64,000 bases of DNA from Candidatus Latescibacterota bacterium (GCA_963422735.1 OY730476.1:3680001-3744000); one strand, 5' to 3'. Positions 1-10,708 are shown, counted from the stretch's first letter. A program made the numbers and translations. Notes: a model not told the origin generated them from the letters alone.

Positions 1-488
1 CGCACACCTGTCTTATTTTTCTCAACCAGTTGCGGATGAAGATCGGCGTGATGTTCGGCAGCCCAGAGACCACCACCGGCGGGCGCGCCCTGCCTTTCTA
101 CTCCTCGGTGCGCATCGACATCCGCCGCATCGCCCGCGTCAAAGACGGAGACCTCGATATTGGCAATCGCACTCGGGTCAAGGTTGTCAAAAACAAAGTG
201 GCCCCCCCCTTTCGCGAAGCCGAATTCGACCTGATTTTCCACGGCGACCAGATCGGCATCTCTTGGGAGGGCGATCTGATCGATATAGGGGTTGCCAAGG
301 GGTTTGTTGACAAGAGCGGGGCTTGGTTTTCCTACAATGGCGAGCGATTGGGTCAGGGCCGAGACAACGCCCGCACTTTTCTGCGCGAGAATTCAACAAT
401 AGCCTCGGAGATAGAGCACAAGCTGCGCGTCGAGTTGGGCCTCGAAGCTGCGGTAGGACAAAATGAGGTTGGCGAGGCGGGCGAATAA
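1..488 (+). CDS. recA: Recombinase A, 3' part (5' end outside window)
   Basis: [45 protein letters not shown] and [16 protein letters not shown] are RecA C-terminal signatures. Confidence 0.98.
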   Translation, partial: HTCLIFLNQLRMKIGVMFGSPETTTGGRALPFYSSVRIDIRRIARVKDGDLDIGNRTRVKVVKNKVAPPFREAEFDLIFHGDQIGISWEGDLIDIGVAKGFVDKSGAWFSYNGERLGQGRDNARTFLRENSTIASEIEHKLRVELGLEAAVGQNEVGEAGE

Positions 489-977
489 GTGGACGACCAA
501 CTGCAAAAGGCTAAGGACGCCGCCTATCGCTATCTCGGCTATAGGGCGCGGTCCGTAGCAGAGGTACGCGACAAGCTACGGGAGAAGGACTTTGCCGCCG
601 AGGTTGTCGCCGAGGTCATCTCCGACTTACAGCGCCAGAAGCTCCTCGACGACCGCGAGTTCGCCCGGTGCTGGGTCGAGGCGCGGTTGCAGCGGGCCAA
701 TGGTGCGCGTAAACTAGCCCAAGATCTCAGGCACAAAGGCGTGGCCGCAGGCGTAGTTGACGAGGTCCTCGCCGAATACGCCCCAGCGCTCGATTCGGGC
801 GAAAGGGCGGTCGAATTGCTGAGCAAGCAGGCTTGGCGCTACCGGGGCTTGGCACCCGACAAGGCCAAGCGTCGGATGCTAGGCTTTTTGGCCCGGCGTA
901 GTTGCGATGAGGAAATGGCCAGAGCAGCGGTCGAACAGGTATGGAAGGAGTTAGCCGATGAAGTCGAGGGAGATTAG
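489..977 (+). CDS. recX: Regulatory protein RecX
   Basis: Directly follows recA; AYRYLGYRARS..EVRDKL, LLDDREFA and LRHKGV motifs. Confidence 0.93.
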   Translation: MDDQLQKAKDAAYRYLGYRARSVAEVRDKLREKDFAAEVVAEVISDLQRQKLLDDREFARCWVEARLQRANGARKLAQDLRHKGVAAGVVDEVLAEYAPALDSGERAVELLSKQAWRYRGLAPDKAKRRMLGFLARRSCDEEMARAAVEQVWKELADEVEGD

Positions 978-3576
978 GGAGACGTTCCTCCGTTTTTTCG
1001 AAGGTAAGAACCACGTGCGCGTACCGAGTGCGTCGATCGTACTGCAGGACGATCCCACGCTCTATTTCACCAACGCTGGCATGAATCAGTTCAAGGATGT
1101 CTTCTTGGGCTTAGGCCGGCGAGACTACACCCGGGCGGTTGATACGCAGAAGGTCTTGCGGGTCTCGGGCAAGCACAACGATCTCGACGAAGTCGGCTAC
1201 AGCCCTTGGCACCACACCTTCTTTGAGATGCTGGGCAACTGGTCCTTTGGCGACTACTTCAAAAAAGAGGCCATTGAGTGGGGCTGGGAGTTAATTACCG
1301 AGCACTTTGGCCTAGAAAAGGAGCGGCTTTGGGCCACCTCCTTTGCGGGCGACGACGCGGTAGAACCCGACTTGGAGGCCGAGGCTTTCTGGTATGAATG
1401 CACCGACCTGCTGCCGGGCCGCGTCGTTCGCTTACCGGCTAAGGAAAACTTCTGGGAAATGGGCGCTCAAGGCCCCTGCGGCCCCTGCTCTGAAATCCAT
1501 TACTACTCAGGCGACGATCTGGCGGCGCAGGAGAGCCGTATGCTCATAGACGACACGGGCGATTTGGTTGAAATATGGAACTTGGTCTTCATCCAGTATA
1601 ACCGCGACAATACGGGAGCCCTGCAACCACTGCCTGAAAAGCACGTGGATACCGGCATGGGTTTTGAGCGGATGTGCAGTCTCTTACAGGGGGCTGAGAG
1701 CAACTACGAGATCGATGTCTTTCAGCCGCTCATCGGCCGCATCGCTGAACTGACGGGCAAAGAATACGGCGGCGAGCATCGCGTCCCCATGCGGGTCATC
1801 GCCGACCACGTCCGCGCCCTCAGCTTCGCTATGGCCGACGGAGCGATGCCCGCCAACGAGGGCCGTGGGTACGTTCTGCGCCGCATCCTGCGCCGTGCCG
1901 CACGCTACGCCCGCCAGCTCGATCAGCACGACCCCTTTATTCATCAGTTAGTTGGCACGTTGGGCGAAACTATGGGCGATGTCTTCCCGGAGGTTGCCGC
2001 GAAAAAGGACCATATCGACTTGGTGATCCGTTCCGAGGAGGAGAGCTTTGGCAGGACCCTCGACCGCGGCTTGGATATCTTCGCGCGGTTCGCTGCCAAG
2101 GGACAGATTACCGGCGGCGATGCCTTCCAACTCTACGATACCTACGGCTTTCCACTCGACCTGACGGAGCTAATGGCCCGCGAGCAGGGCATCCCGCTAA
2201 ACGAGCGGGAGGAATACGATCACGCACTTGAAGCTCAGCGGCAGCGGGCGCGTCAGGGGTCCTCAACTCCTGTTTTGTTGTCCGGTGAGGCGACGGCGAG
2301 AAGCCCAACCGCGTCGGCGAACTTCGTCGGATACGACGAATTGGAAGTAGAGGCGCAGGTGGTGCAGGTGGAGCGCATCGGCGAAGGTAAAGACGACCTA
2401 GTGCGACTCGTGTTAGACCAAACCCCTTTCTACGCCGAGGCGGGGGGCCAAGTCGGCGACCGAGGGCGAATCGAGGGCAAAGGTTTTGTCGTCGAAGTTG
2501 AGAGCATCAATAAGGAGCACGGCGGTATCTACCACATCGGTCGGTTGACGGAAGGCGAAACCGAAGCGTTGGCCGGTGCAGTAGTCGCCCGCGTAGATCC
2601 CCAAGCCCGCATTGACGTCGCGCGCAATCACACCGCAACCCATCTGCTGCATGAGTCACTGCGGCAGACCCTTGGCGACCACGTAGGACAGATGGGTTCG
2701 CTGGTGGCACCGGACCGCTTGCGCTTTGACTTTTCGCATTTTGCCTCGGTTGAGCCTGAGCAGTTGCGCGAAATCGAGGAGCGAGTCAACGAGCAGATTC
2801 GCGCCGATATAGAAGTGAGTACCTTTGAAGAGGAATTGGAAAAAGCCAAGGCGATGGGGGCGCAGGCGCTCTTCGGCGAAAAATACGAGGACCAGGTCCG
2901 CGTGGTGCGGATCGGCGACTTCAGCCTAGAGCTATGCGGCGGCACCCACGTGCGCTCGACCGGCGAAATCGGTGCTTTCGATTTGGTCTCCGAAAGCGGC
3001 ATTGCCGCTGGCGTCCGGCGCAGCGAGGCTTTGACCGGCGCGGGGGCTGAGCGCGTCGCGTACCAGCGGCGGCAACTGCTAACGGCATTGGGCACCCGGC
3101 TCAATGCCGCGCCCGAAGAGTTAGCGGACAAAATCGAAGTGCTCTTGGGCCGCAACCGCCAGTTGGAGCGGTCTCTTGGCGAATTGCGGCGTCGAGTGGC
3201 GGCGCTAGAGACGAGTGATCTGTCGAGCGGAGCGTGCGAAGTGGAAGGGGTCACGGTCGTGGCGCGGCGCACCCAAGCAGAGGACGTGCCCAGCCTGCGG
3301 GCCATGGCCGACGGACTGCGCGAGAGCTTGGGCTCGGGGGTCGGCGTCTTAGGGGCGGATATCGGCGGCAAGGTTTCCTTTATCGCCGTTGTTACCGATG
3401 ACTTGATTAAGGGCCGCGGGCTGAAGGCCGGCGACATTGTGCGCGGCGTGGCGCAGCTATCCGGCGGTTCGGGTGGCGGCAAGGCGCACTTGGCCCAGGC
3501 CGGCGGACGGGACTTAGGCAAACTCGACGAGGCGCTAGAGCAAGTAGCGCACATCGTCGGGCAGCAGCTACAATAG
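958..3576 (+). CDS. alaS: Alanine--tRNA ligase
   Basis: FTNAGMNQFK, HHTFFEMLGNWSFGDYFK, NHTATHLLH, ELCGGTHV and C-terminal GGSGGGK..AQAGG. Confidence 0.99.
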   Translation: MKSREIRETFLRFFEGKNHVRVPSASIVLQDDPTLYFTNAGMNQFKDVFLGLGRRDYTRAVDTQKVLRVSGKHNDLDEVGYSPWHHTFFEMLGNWSFGDYFKKEAIEWGWELITEHFGLEKERLWATSFAGDDAVEPDLEAEAFWYECTDLLPGRVVRLPAKENFWEMGAQGPCGPCSEIHYYSGDDLAAQESRMLIDDTGDLVEIWNLVFIQYNRDNTGALQPLPEKHVDTGMGFERMCSLLQGAESNYEIDVFQPLIGRIAELTGKEYGGEHRVPMRVIADHVRALSFAMADGAMPANEGRGYVLRRILRRAARYARQLDQHDPFIHQLVGTLGETMGDVFPEVAAKKDHIDLVIRSEEESFGRTLDRGLDIFARFAAKGQITGGDAFQLYDTYGFPLDLTELMAREQGIPLNEREEYDHALEAQRQRARQGSSTPVLLSGEATARSPTASANFVGYDELEVEAQVVQVERIGEGKDDLVRLVLDQTPFYAEAGGQVGDRGRIEGKGFVVEVESINKEHGGIYHIGRLTEGETEALAGAVVARVDPQARIDVARNHTATHLLHESLRQTLGDHVGQMGSLVAPDRLRFDFSHFASVEPEQLREIEERVNEQIRADIEVSTFEEELEKAKAMGAQALFGEKYEDQVRVVRIGDFSLELCGGTHVRSTGEIGAFDLVSESGIAAGVRRSEALTGAGAERVAYQRRQLLTALGTRLNAAPEELADKIEVLLGRNRQLERSLGELRRRVAALETSDLSSGACEVEGVTVVARRTQAEDVPSLRAMADGLRESLGSGVGVLGADIGGKVSFIAVVTDDLIKGRGLKAGDIVRGVAQLSGGSGGGKAHLAQAGGRDLGKLDEALEQVAHIVGQQLQ

Positions 3577-3589
3577 GCGAGCTGAATTT

Positions 3590-4360
3590 GTGACTAGCAG
3601 TGTGCTGCAACACCTACTGGACATCCGCCATCGCCGCGGTGCTGGCTACCTTCCCTTGCTGGATCCAGATCGCTTGGCTCCAGACGAATTGGAGGCTCGC
3701 GCCCAACTCTGCGTTGCGGCCGGGGCCGATGCCATCCTCATCGGCACGAGCCTGATGTTCTCGTCTCGCAACACGGTCTGTTTCCAACGCGTCCGGGCCA
3801 AGGTCAATGTACCGGTGATTAGCTTTCCCGGAAGCTCGAGCCAGGTAGTGCCTACGGCCGATGCGATCCTCTTCCTGTCGCTGGTCAGCGGGCGCAATCC
3901 CGAGCTTTTGATCGGCGAACACGTCAAGGCCGCCCCCTTGATCCGCGAGTACGGCATTGAGGCCATCCCCACCGGGTATATGCTGGTCGAGTCTGGGACT
4001 CTGACATCCGTGGAATTTATGAGCGATACTCGGCCCATTCCGCGCGACAAGATCGACATCGCCATGGCCCACGCCTTGGCGGCCGAGTACTTGGGCATGC
4101 GGCTTATTTATCTAGAGACTGGCAGCGGCGCATGCGCTTCTGTGCCCGACGAAATGGTGAGCGCGGTAGCCGATTGTGTCTCAGTGCCAGTCGTCGTCGG
4201 AGGCGGCATCCGCGACCCGGGAGTGGCGCGGGCCAAGGTGGAGGCCGGTGCGGGCTTCGTCGTCACGGGTAGCGTCGTCGAAGACGATCAGCAGTGCCTG
4301 TGTGCCCTGAGCCGAGCAGTACACGCAAAAGAGACAGGAGTAGCAATGGGCCATGGTTGA
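3590..4360 (+). CDS. Geranylgeranylglyceryl phosphate synthase family protein (group II-like)
   Basis: LLDPD, ADAILFLSLVSGRNP, IPTGYMLVESG, YLETGSGA and VVGGGIR motifs of the GGGPS/PcrB TIM barrel. Confidence 0.92.
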   Translation: MTSSVLQHLLDIRHRRGAGYLPLLDPDRLAPDELEARAQLCVAAGADAILIGTSLMFSSRNTVCFQRVRAKVNVPVISFPGSSSQVVPTADAILFLSLVSGRNPELLIGEHVKAAPLIREYGIEAIPTGYMLVESGTLTSVEFMSDTRPIPRDKIDIAMAHALAAEYLGMRLIYLETGSGACASVPDEMVSAVADCVSVPVVVGGGIRDPGVARAKVEAGAGFVVTGSVVEDDQQCLCALSRAVHAKETGVAMGHG

Positions 4361-4625
4361 AAAAAAGGCCACGATCAACAATCCGCTGGGGATCCACGCT
4401 CGTCCGGCCGCGCTCTTGGTACAGACAGCAGCACAATTCAAGGCCGATATTTATCTGTCCAAAGGCGACGTCGATGGGGTCAACGGCAAGAGCATCATGG
4501 GCGTGATGATGCTGGCCGCCGAGCAAGGTGCCCAAGTCGCCGTCCGGGCCGAGGGCGAGGACGAGGACGCGGCCATCGAGGCCATGGTCTCACTGTTGGA
4601 GAGTACATTCGAGGGGCAAACTTGA
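4353..4625 (+). CDS. ptsH: Phosphocarrier protein HPr
   Basis: GIHARPAA (His15) and GKSIMGVMML (Ser46). Confidence 0.97.
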   Translation: MVEKKATINNPLGIHARPAALLVQTAAQFKADIYLSKGDVDGVNGKSIMGVMMLAAEQGAQVAVRAEGEDEDAAIEAMVSLLESTFEGQT

Positions 4626-6388
4626 CCACGACCAGCGCACATAGGGTTTTCGATGGCATCTGCGTTTTCCCCGGCATTGGCATTGGGCGGGCTTTCGCAT
4701 ACCACAAGCGGGCCCCGGTCATCACCCGCCGGCGCGTGGCGCAGCATCTGGTTAGGACGGAGGTCGAGCGTTTTCGCAACATACTCCACCAGGCCGGTGA
4801 CGAGATTCGGCGCATTCGCCGCTGGGTCGCCAGCGAGCAGGGAGAGGAACTGGCGCAGATATTCGACGCCCAGCTAGCCATGCTAGAGGACCCATCTATA
4901 AAAGAGCGTACCGAGGCGTTAATCCTCGGCAAGAACTATTCGGCCGAGCGGGCGTACGCCGAGGAGTTGGAGAAAGTCAAAGAGGCCTTCGGCAACATTG
5001 AAAACGAATACCTGCGGGCGCGAATAAGCGACGTAGCGGATATCGAAAATCAGGTGTTGATGCGATTAGCAGGGGGCGAGGTCAAAGCGCTCGATTCGCT
5101 CCGCGCCAACACGATTGTCCTAGCCCACGACTTGCTACCCTCCGAGATGGTGCGCCTAGAGCGCCGCCGGATCAAAGGCGTGGTGCTCGATGCTGGAGGC
5201 GCGACTTCGCATGCGGCTATTATCGCCCGCTCGTTGCAGCTACCCACAGTCGTCGGCACCGGCGACTGTTCGCGGCAAGTGGCAGACGGCGACTTGGTGG
5301 TCGTCGATGGCAACGAAGGCCAGGTCCACCTACGGCCCGATGCCCGCGGCGAGCGGTGCTATCGGGCGCGTCGTCGTCGTCAGCTCAGGCGCGAGCGCGA
5401 CCTAGAGCGGCGTCGAAATTTGCCCGCCGTTACCCGAGACGGGCAGGAAATCGTATTGATGGCTAATGTCGATGTGCATACCGAAGTGCAGATGGCGCTC
5501 GACCACGGCGCTCGCGGCGTGGGCATGTACCGCACCGAGTTCCTGTATCTCAGCTACCGCTTGCCCTCCGAGGAGGAGCAGTTCAAGGTCTATTCCACCC
5601 TCGTCGAATCGCTGGTCCCGCATCCGGTGGTGATCCGCACCATGGACTTGGGAGGCGACAAGCTGTCCCACATCTTGGAGGTGCCTCCCGAGGCCAACCC
5701 CTTCTTGGGGTGGCGCGGCATCCGCATTTGCCTCGATACCCCAGACCTGTTCAAGACGCAACTACGCGCCCTGCTCAGGGCCGGAGCACACGGCGAGGCG
5801 CAGATCTTGTTGCCGATGATCTCTAGCCTGAACGAACTGCGGCGCGTCCGGGTGTTACTGGAGGAAACCAAAGACGAGTTGCGGGCGGCGGGGCGGCCCT
5901 TTGCCGAGCATTACAAGCTGGGCATCATGGTCGAAGTGCCGTCCGTGGCCTTGATGGCCGATCACTTTGCCCGCGAAGTAGATTTTTTCAGCCTCGGCAC
6001 CAACGACCTGACCCAGTACGCGTTGGCCGTGGATCGCGGCATGAGCAAAGTGGCTTGGCTCTACGACCCGTTTCACCCGGCGGTCTTGCGCTTGATCAAA
6101 ATGGTCGCCGACAGCGGTCGGCGTACCAACACGCCCGTGAGCATCTGCGGGGAGATGGCCGGCGACCCCTTGGCTACGACGCTCTTGCTCGGGCTCGGGC
6201 TGGATTGTCTGAGTCTAAGTCCCGGGCTCATCCCGGAAGTCAAGGAGGTCATTCGCGCCATCCGCGCTGAAAAGGCGCAGCAGATCGCTAGCGAATGCTT
6301 GGCCATGGACACCGGTGCTGAGGTGCGCCAGCACTTGGAGGATGCAGTCGGCGAGTACATGCCCTTCTGGCGTCAGAGGCATCACTGA
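4622..6388 (+). CDS. ptsI: PEP-protein phosphotransferase (PTS enzyme I)
   Basis: GGATSHAAI phospho-His, GMYRTEFLY, NPFLGWRGIR, GTNDLTQY and ICGEMAGD. Confidence 0.96.
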   Translation: MTTTSAHRVFDGICVFPGIGIGRAFAYHKRAPVITRRRVAQHLVRTEVERFRNILHQAGDEIRRIRRWVASEQGEELAQIFDAQLAMLEDPSIKERTEALILGKNYSAERAYAEELEKVKEAFGNIENEYLRARISDVADIENQVLMRLAGGEVKALDSLRANTIVLAHDLLPSEMVRLERRRIKGVVLDAGGATSHAAIIARSLQLPTVVGTGDCSRQVADGDLVVVDGNEGQVHLRPDARGERCYRARRRRQLRRERDLERRRNLPAVTRDGQEIVLMANVDVHTEVQMALDHGARGVGMYRTEFLYLSYRLPSEEEQFKVYSTLVESLVPHPVVIRTMDLGGDKLSHILEVPPEANPFLGWRGIRICLDTPDLFKTQLRALLRAGAHGEAQILLPMISSLNELRRVRVLLEETKDELRAAGRPFAEHYKLGIMVEVPSVALMADHFAREVDFFSLGTNDLTQYALAVDRGMSKVAWLYDPFHPAVLRLIKMVADSGRRTNTPVSICGEMAGDPLATTLLLGLGLDCLSLSPGLIPEVKEVIRAIRAEKAQQIASECLAMDTGAEVRQHLEDAVGEYMPFWRQRHH

Positions 6389-6407
6389 AGAAGCTTGAGA
6401 ATACACT

Positions 6408-7574
6408 ATGTCCAAATACATGTTTACTTCCGAATCTGTGTCCGAAGGGCACCCCGACAAAGTCGCCGACCAGATTTCCGACGCCGTACTCGACGCCATG
6501 CTCGCCGAAGACCCCAGCGCACGGGTCGCCTGCGAGACCCTCGTTACCACTGGCCGAGTCGTCGTCGCCGGCGAGGTTAAAAGCGAGGCTCGCCTAGACT
6601 TTGAGGCCCTCGTCAGGCAGGTCATCGCCGATATCGGCTACTGCGATCCCGAGCAGGGCTTTGACTTTCGCTCGTGCGCTATCCTCGTGGCCTTGGGCCA
6701 GCAGTCGCTCGATATAGCCCGGGGCGTCAACGAGGGCGAGGGGCTGCACAAGGAAGAGGGCGCTGGTGACCAAGGCATGATGTTTGGCTATGCCTGCCGC
6801 GAAACCCCCCAGCTCATGCCGCTGCCCATTACCCTCGCACACGCGCTGATGCAGCACCTGACGCGGCTGCGCAAGGACGAGAAAATTCCCTATCTGCGCC
6901 CGGATGCCAAGTCTCAGGTCACTGTCGAGTACGACGACGGCCAGCCCGTGCGGGTAGGGGCCGTAGTCCTCTCGACCCAACACGCCCCGGAGGCCAGGCA
7001 CGAGCAGATCGAAAAAGACATGATCGAACAGGTCGTAAAAGAAGTAATCCCCGCCCACCTGCTCGACGAAGGCACCCAATACCACGTCAACCCCACGGGC
7101 CGCTTCGTCGTTGGGGGGCCGCACGGCGACTGCGGATTGACTGGCCGCAAGATCATCGTCGATACCTACGGGGGCGCGTGCCCGCACGGCGGGGGTGCCT
7201 TTTCCGGCAAGGACCCCAGCAAGGTGGACCGCAGTGCCCACTACATGGCGCGCTACGTGGCCAAGAACGTGGTGGCCGCCCGCTTGGCCGCCCGCTGCCA
7301 AGTGCAACTGGCCTATGCCATTGGCGTGGCCGCGCCCGTATCCGTGCGGATCAAAACCTTTGGCACGGGCGTCGCGCCCGACGAGGCGATCGCCGCGGTC
7401 GTGGAAACGGTCTTCGACCTAACCCCCAAGGGCATCATTGAGGCCCTACAACTGAGGCGGCCCATCTACCGGAAAACCACCAACTACGGCCACTTTGGAC
7501 GCGAGGAGCCGGAGTTTGTGTGGGAACGGACCGACAAGGCCGAGGAGCTGCGCCGGGCCGTGGGGATCAAATAG
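6408..7574 (+). CDS. metK: S-adenosylmethionine synthetase
   Basis: [19 protein letters not shown] and [16 protein letters not shown]. Confidence 0.99.
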   Translation: MSKYMFTSESVSEGHPDKVADQISDAVLDAMLAEDPSARVACETLVTTGRVVVAGEVKSEARLDFEALVRQVIADIGYCDPEQGFDFRSCAILVALGQQSLDIARGVNEGEGLHKEEGAGDQGMMFGYACRETPQLMPLPITLAHALMQHLTRLRKDEKIPYLRPDAKSQVTVEYDDGQPVRVGAVVLSTQHAPEARHEQIEKDMIEQVVKEVIPAHLLDEGTQYHVNPTGRFVVGGPHGDCGLTGRKIIVDTYGGACPHGGGAFSGKDPSKVDRSAHYMARYVAKNVVAARLAARCQVQLAYAIGVAAPVSVRIKTFGTGVAPDEAIAAVVETVFDLTPKGIIEALQLRRPIYRKTTNYGHFGREEPEFVWERTDKAEELRRAVGIK

Positions 7575-7594
7575 GGCCTTGAGTGTGCTAGCAG

Positions 7595-9166
7595 ATGACT
7601 GCCGTACTGTGCCGATGGCTAGGTGCGCTCCTAGGGGCCGGAGCGTTGACGGGCTGCGAGGTAAACTCCCCCCAAATTCCCAGCACCAATTTCCAGATCA
7701 GCATCCCGGTCGCCGCCGACCGGACGACGGTTCAGGACTTGGCCGATGAGCGCGCCGACTTCCTGAAGATCGACGACGAGGGCTTGCTCGCGGTAGATTT
7801 TACAGCGGATTTCAACCACCGAGAGGAAATCGGCGCTCGCCTGCGCGTCGCGCCCGTATCCACTGCCTTGGCGGTGCCGATTGGGCCGGCTGATGGTGCC
7901 ATTGCCAAGACCGAGGCCCTCGCCTTTGCCGATGACCGCATCCAAATCGCGCACGCAGTCATCGCCGAGGGCGGCCTGACGATCAAGGCGAGCAACCAGA
8001 CTGCGATCCCCTTGCAGGTCGAGCTAGTCTTGGGCGATGTAAAAAGGCCGGACGGTACCCCACATGCCTTCCTCATTGACGCGCTCGCCCCCGGCGAGAG
8101 CAAGGCGGTGTCCTTTGACTTGGCCGGCAGCACATTTGCCCCACAGCACCCCCTTGAATTGCGGTTCTCATACCGAGTGCAGGGCGAGTTCGCGGAGGCC
8201 GCGACCACAGATGAGCTACTGCTAGAGGCCGAGACCGAGAATTTGCTCCTCGGCCGCGTCGAGGGGGTGCTCAACGAGGTCGTCCTGCCGGTCGCCCCGG
8301 TCGCCCGCGCAGTCGATTTTCCCGCAGGCTTAGACCAGATTGCCTTCGGCTCGGTCTCCCTAGAAGTCGGCCTGACGTCGGGCGTTGGTTTCCGCAGCCG
8401 CATTGACCTCCAAATCGAGGGCCTCAACGGCCATGGCGAGCGGGGTTCCCTGATGGTTTCCGCAGCGTTCCAGCGCGGCGACCCAGACCACCCAGTGTCC
8501 CTCACCTTGTCGCTGGCCTCCGCAGAGCTGACCGAGTTTCTCAACCTGCTGCCGACCCAAGTCGAGGTCGCGCCGACTGTGCGCATCGGCGATGGCGAGG
8601 CTGTGGAGGTGATCGACTCCAGTCATTGGGTGCAGATCGACCACGTGCGCTTTGCAACGCAGGGCCATTTTCAGCTAGCGGAGGACACCCGCATCGAGTT
8701 TGACCCGATCTTCCGCCGCCTACAGGACGACGATGCCCGCCGCCGCATCCACTCCAGTCTCGACAGCGCTGTCGTAGTTACCGCGATTGAAAATCACCTG
8801 CCCACCGCGATCCGCGTCAGCCTGTGGGTCGCGCCGAGGGTCGAGGATGTGTACGGCAACGAAGATCTGTTCGCCGACAACGAGGCCAGCGGCTATCTGC
8901 GGATTCCCAAGCAGGGTTTCTTTGTGGTGGAGGCCGGCGATGTCGGCCCCGAAGGGCGGGTCGTGGCGAGTGCATTCAGCCACCAACGGATCGCGCTTTC
9001 GGACGAAAATGTGCAGGTCTTTCTGCAGGAGGAGGGCGTCTATACGGGCATGCTGGTCGAGTTGGAAAAGACGCAGCGCGAGATAGCGATGCGGGGGAGC
9101 GACTTCGTCGCTGTGGAGGCCGGGGCGGTGATTTTCATGGAATTCAATGAGGACTTGGTCAAGTAG
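7595..9166 (+). CDS. Hypothetical beta-rich lipoprotein
   Basis: 523-aa ORF with lipobox LTGC; overlaps the next gene. Confidence 0.7.
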   Translation: MTAVLCRWLGALLGAGALTGCEVNSPQIPSTNFQISIPVAADRTTVQDLADERADFLKIDDEGLLAVDFTADFNHREEIGARLRVAPVSTALAVPIGPADGAIAKTEALAFADDRIQIAHAVIAEGGLTIKASNQTAIPLQVELVLGDVKRPDGTPHAFLIDALAPGESKAVSFDLAGSTFAPQHPLELRFSYRVQGEFAEAATTDELLLEAETENLLLGRVEGVLNEVVLPVAPVARAVDFPAGLDQIAFGSVSLEVGLTSGVGFRSRIDLQIEGLNGHGERGSLMVSAAFQRGDPDHPVSLTLSLASAELTEFLNLLPTQVEVAPTVRIGDGEAVEVIDSSHWVQIDHVRFATQGHFQLAEDTRIEFDPIFRRLQDDDARRRIHSSLDSAVVVTAIENHLPTAIRVSLWVAPRVEDVYGNEDLFADNEASGYLRIPKQGFFVVEAGDVGPEGRVVASAFSHQRIALSDENVQVFLQEEGVYTGMLVELEKTQREIAMRGSDFVAVEAGAVIFMEFNEDLVK

Positions 9167-10613
9167 GGTGCTGGTGCAAGGCAAGGGATTGAGCGTTCTA
9201 GCGGCCCTGCTCGCCGGGGCCTACGGGCAGGCGGCCGCCGTTCCCGGCGACGCCAGTCCGCGGGCTGTTGCTTTGGGCCAAGCCTATACGGCCTTGGCCC
9301 GAGGGCCGGAAGCTGTCTTCTGGAATCCGGCGAATTTAGCCCTTGCGGGCAGTGGCAGGTTTTCCTGGGACTTGCTCGGCGCGGGCCTTTGCATAGTTGC
9401 CGAAAACAATAGTTTTTCGGTCGCCACGTACAACGCCAACTTCACGGCCGCCAACGATAAAGTATCTCCCAACGACAGCCCGTACTACATCAGCCCGGTG
9501 ACCAAAAAGAGACTGTTGGCCAACATCCCAGACGCGGGCCTGCGCATGAATGGGGATATCGAGCCGACGCTCGTCGCAGGCCTCCCGCTCAACGGAGGCG
9601 TGGCGTTTGCCATCGGGGAAGTGCGCTCGGCCATTGCCGTGGGGTTTACCAGCGGGGTCGAGAGCGAAATTCCCAAAGATGTGTTAGAGCTTTTCTTTTT
9701 CGGCAACGAGTTTGCAGAGGACCGCTTGGCGGCCGGCAAGAGCGAAGGGTACGACATCAGCGACTGGAATGGATCGGGATGGGCCGTGGGCACGCTCAAT
9801 GTCGCAGCTGCGAAGCCCGCACTGCCAGTTCGTCTCGCACCCTATCTAAGCGAGCTCACAGTCGGCAGTACGCTCAAGCTCTCGATGGGCAGCTACGGAG
9901 AGATTATCGAATCCGGCGGCACCGGGCTCGTGGCCCGCGTCGGCGGTGCGGAGGCGGACGCTTGGCTGATTGCCCAGCACGCCAAAATGGGCTTAGGCGT
10001 TGGCCTCGACGTTGGCATCGCCGGCCGGAGCAAAAGCCGCAAGACGACCTTCAGCTTCAGTGTGCTCAACCTGCTCGACACGTTCTCTTGGAGTAGGGGA
10101 GTGCGCCAAGATTCCATTTTCCTCGCGACTAACGAATTGCGCATCTCCCGCTTCTTGGACGCGGACTCGCGGTCCATTGAGGAAGTATTCGACAACCCGG
10201 ATTTAGACGGCGATGGCGATCCAGACTTCACAAAACAGATCGGCCAAAAGCCTTTCTCGCGCTCGCTGCCGGCCATGCTGCGGCTCGGGGTGGCCTATCA
10301 GGCCAGGCCCCAGCTAACGGTGGTTGGCAATTGGGACCAGGCGTTCAGTTCTAAGTTTGGGATGCGGACTCGGCCGCGGCTGGCCGGCGGGGTCGAGTAC
10401 TGGCTGGCGGACTGGTTGCCTGCCCGCATTGGCCTGTCGCTGGGCGGACGGAGCAGCAGCTCGGCGATCGGCTTTGCCTTCGGCCCGTTTGTGCTGTCGT
10501 CTATGCAGATCCGCTTCTTGGAGACCAGCCTCGCCATGCGCGGCGGCCTCTTCCCAGGCATAGCGAAGGGCACCGCCATTTCCGTGATGTTCTTTCGCCT
10601 GAGCCTTGTCTGA
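9147..10613 (+). CDS. Putative outer-membrane beta-barrel (DUF5723/TraF/PorV-like)
   Basis: Signal peptide; N-terminal RAVALGQAYTALARGPEAVFWNPANL typical of FadL/PorV/TraF-like barrels; amphipathic strands; LPAMLRLGVAY. Confidence 0.7.
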   Translation: MRTWSSRVLVQGKGLSVLAALLAGAYGQAAAVPGDASPRAVALGQAYTALARGPEAVFWNPANLALAGSGRFSWDLLGAGLCIVAENNSFSVATYNANFTAANDKVSPNDSPYYISPVTKKRLLANIPDAGLRMNGDIEPTLVAGLPLNGGVAFAIGEVRSAIAVGFTSGVESEIPKDVLELFFFGNEFAEDRLAAGKSEGYDISDWNGSGWAVGTLNVAAAKPALPVRLAPYLSELTVGSTLKLSMGSYGEIIESGGTGLVARVGGAEADAWLIAQHAKMGLGVGLDVGIAGRSKSRKTTFSFSVLNLLDTFSWSRGVRQDSIFLATNELRISRFLDADSRSIEEVFDNPDLDGDGDPDFTKQIGQKPFSRSLPAMLRLGVAYQARPQLTVVGNWDQAFSSKFGMRTRPRLAGGVEYWLADWLPARIGLSLGGRSSSSAIGFAFGPFVLSSMQIRFLETSLAMRGGLFPGIAKGTAISVMFFRLSLV

Positions 10614-10708
10614 CGGCCTCCTCGGCCTTTTCTGCCCATTCCAATGTCTTGAATGCCACAATGTCCCATTCGATGGGTTAGATGTGTCAAAAAGAGGCAT
10701 ATCGGCGA

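Noticed and set aside
2628-3554. Long antisense ORFs (also 7732-8586, 11067-12014, 33542-34651 and others)
   Set aside because: Shadow frames of well-supported genes in GC-rich DNA, with no recognisable motifs.
6389-6407. SAM riboswitch upstream of metK
   Set aside because: The intergenic gap is only 19 bp.
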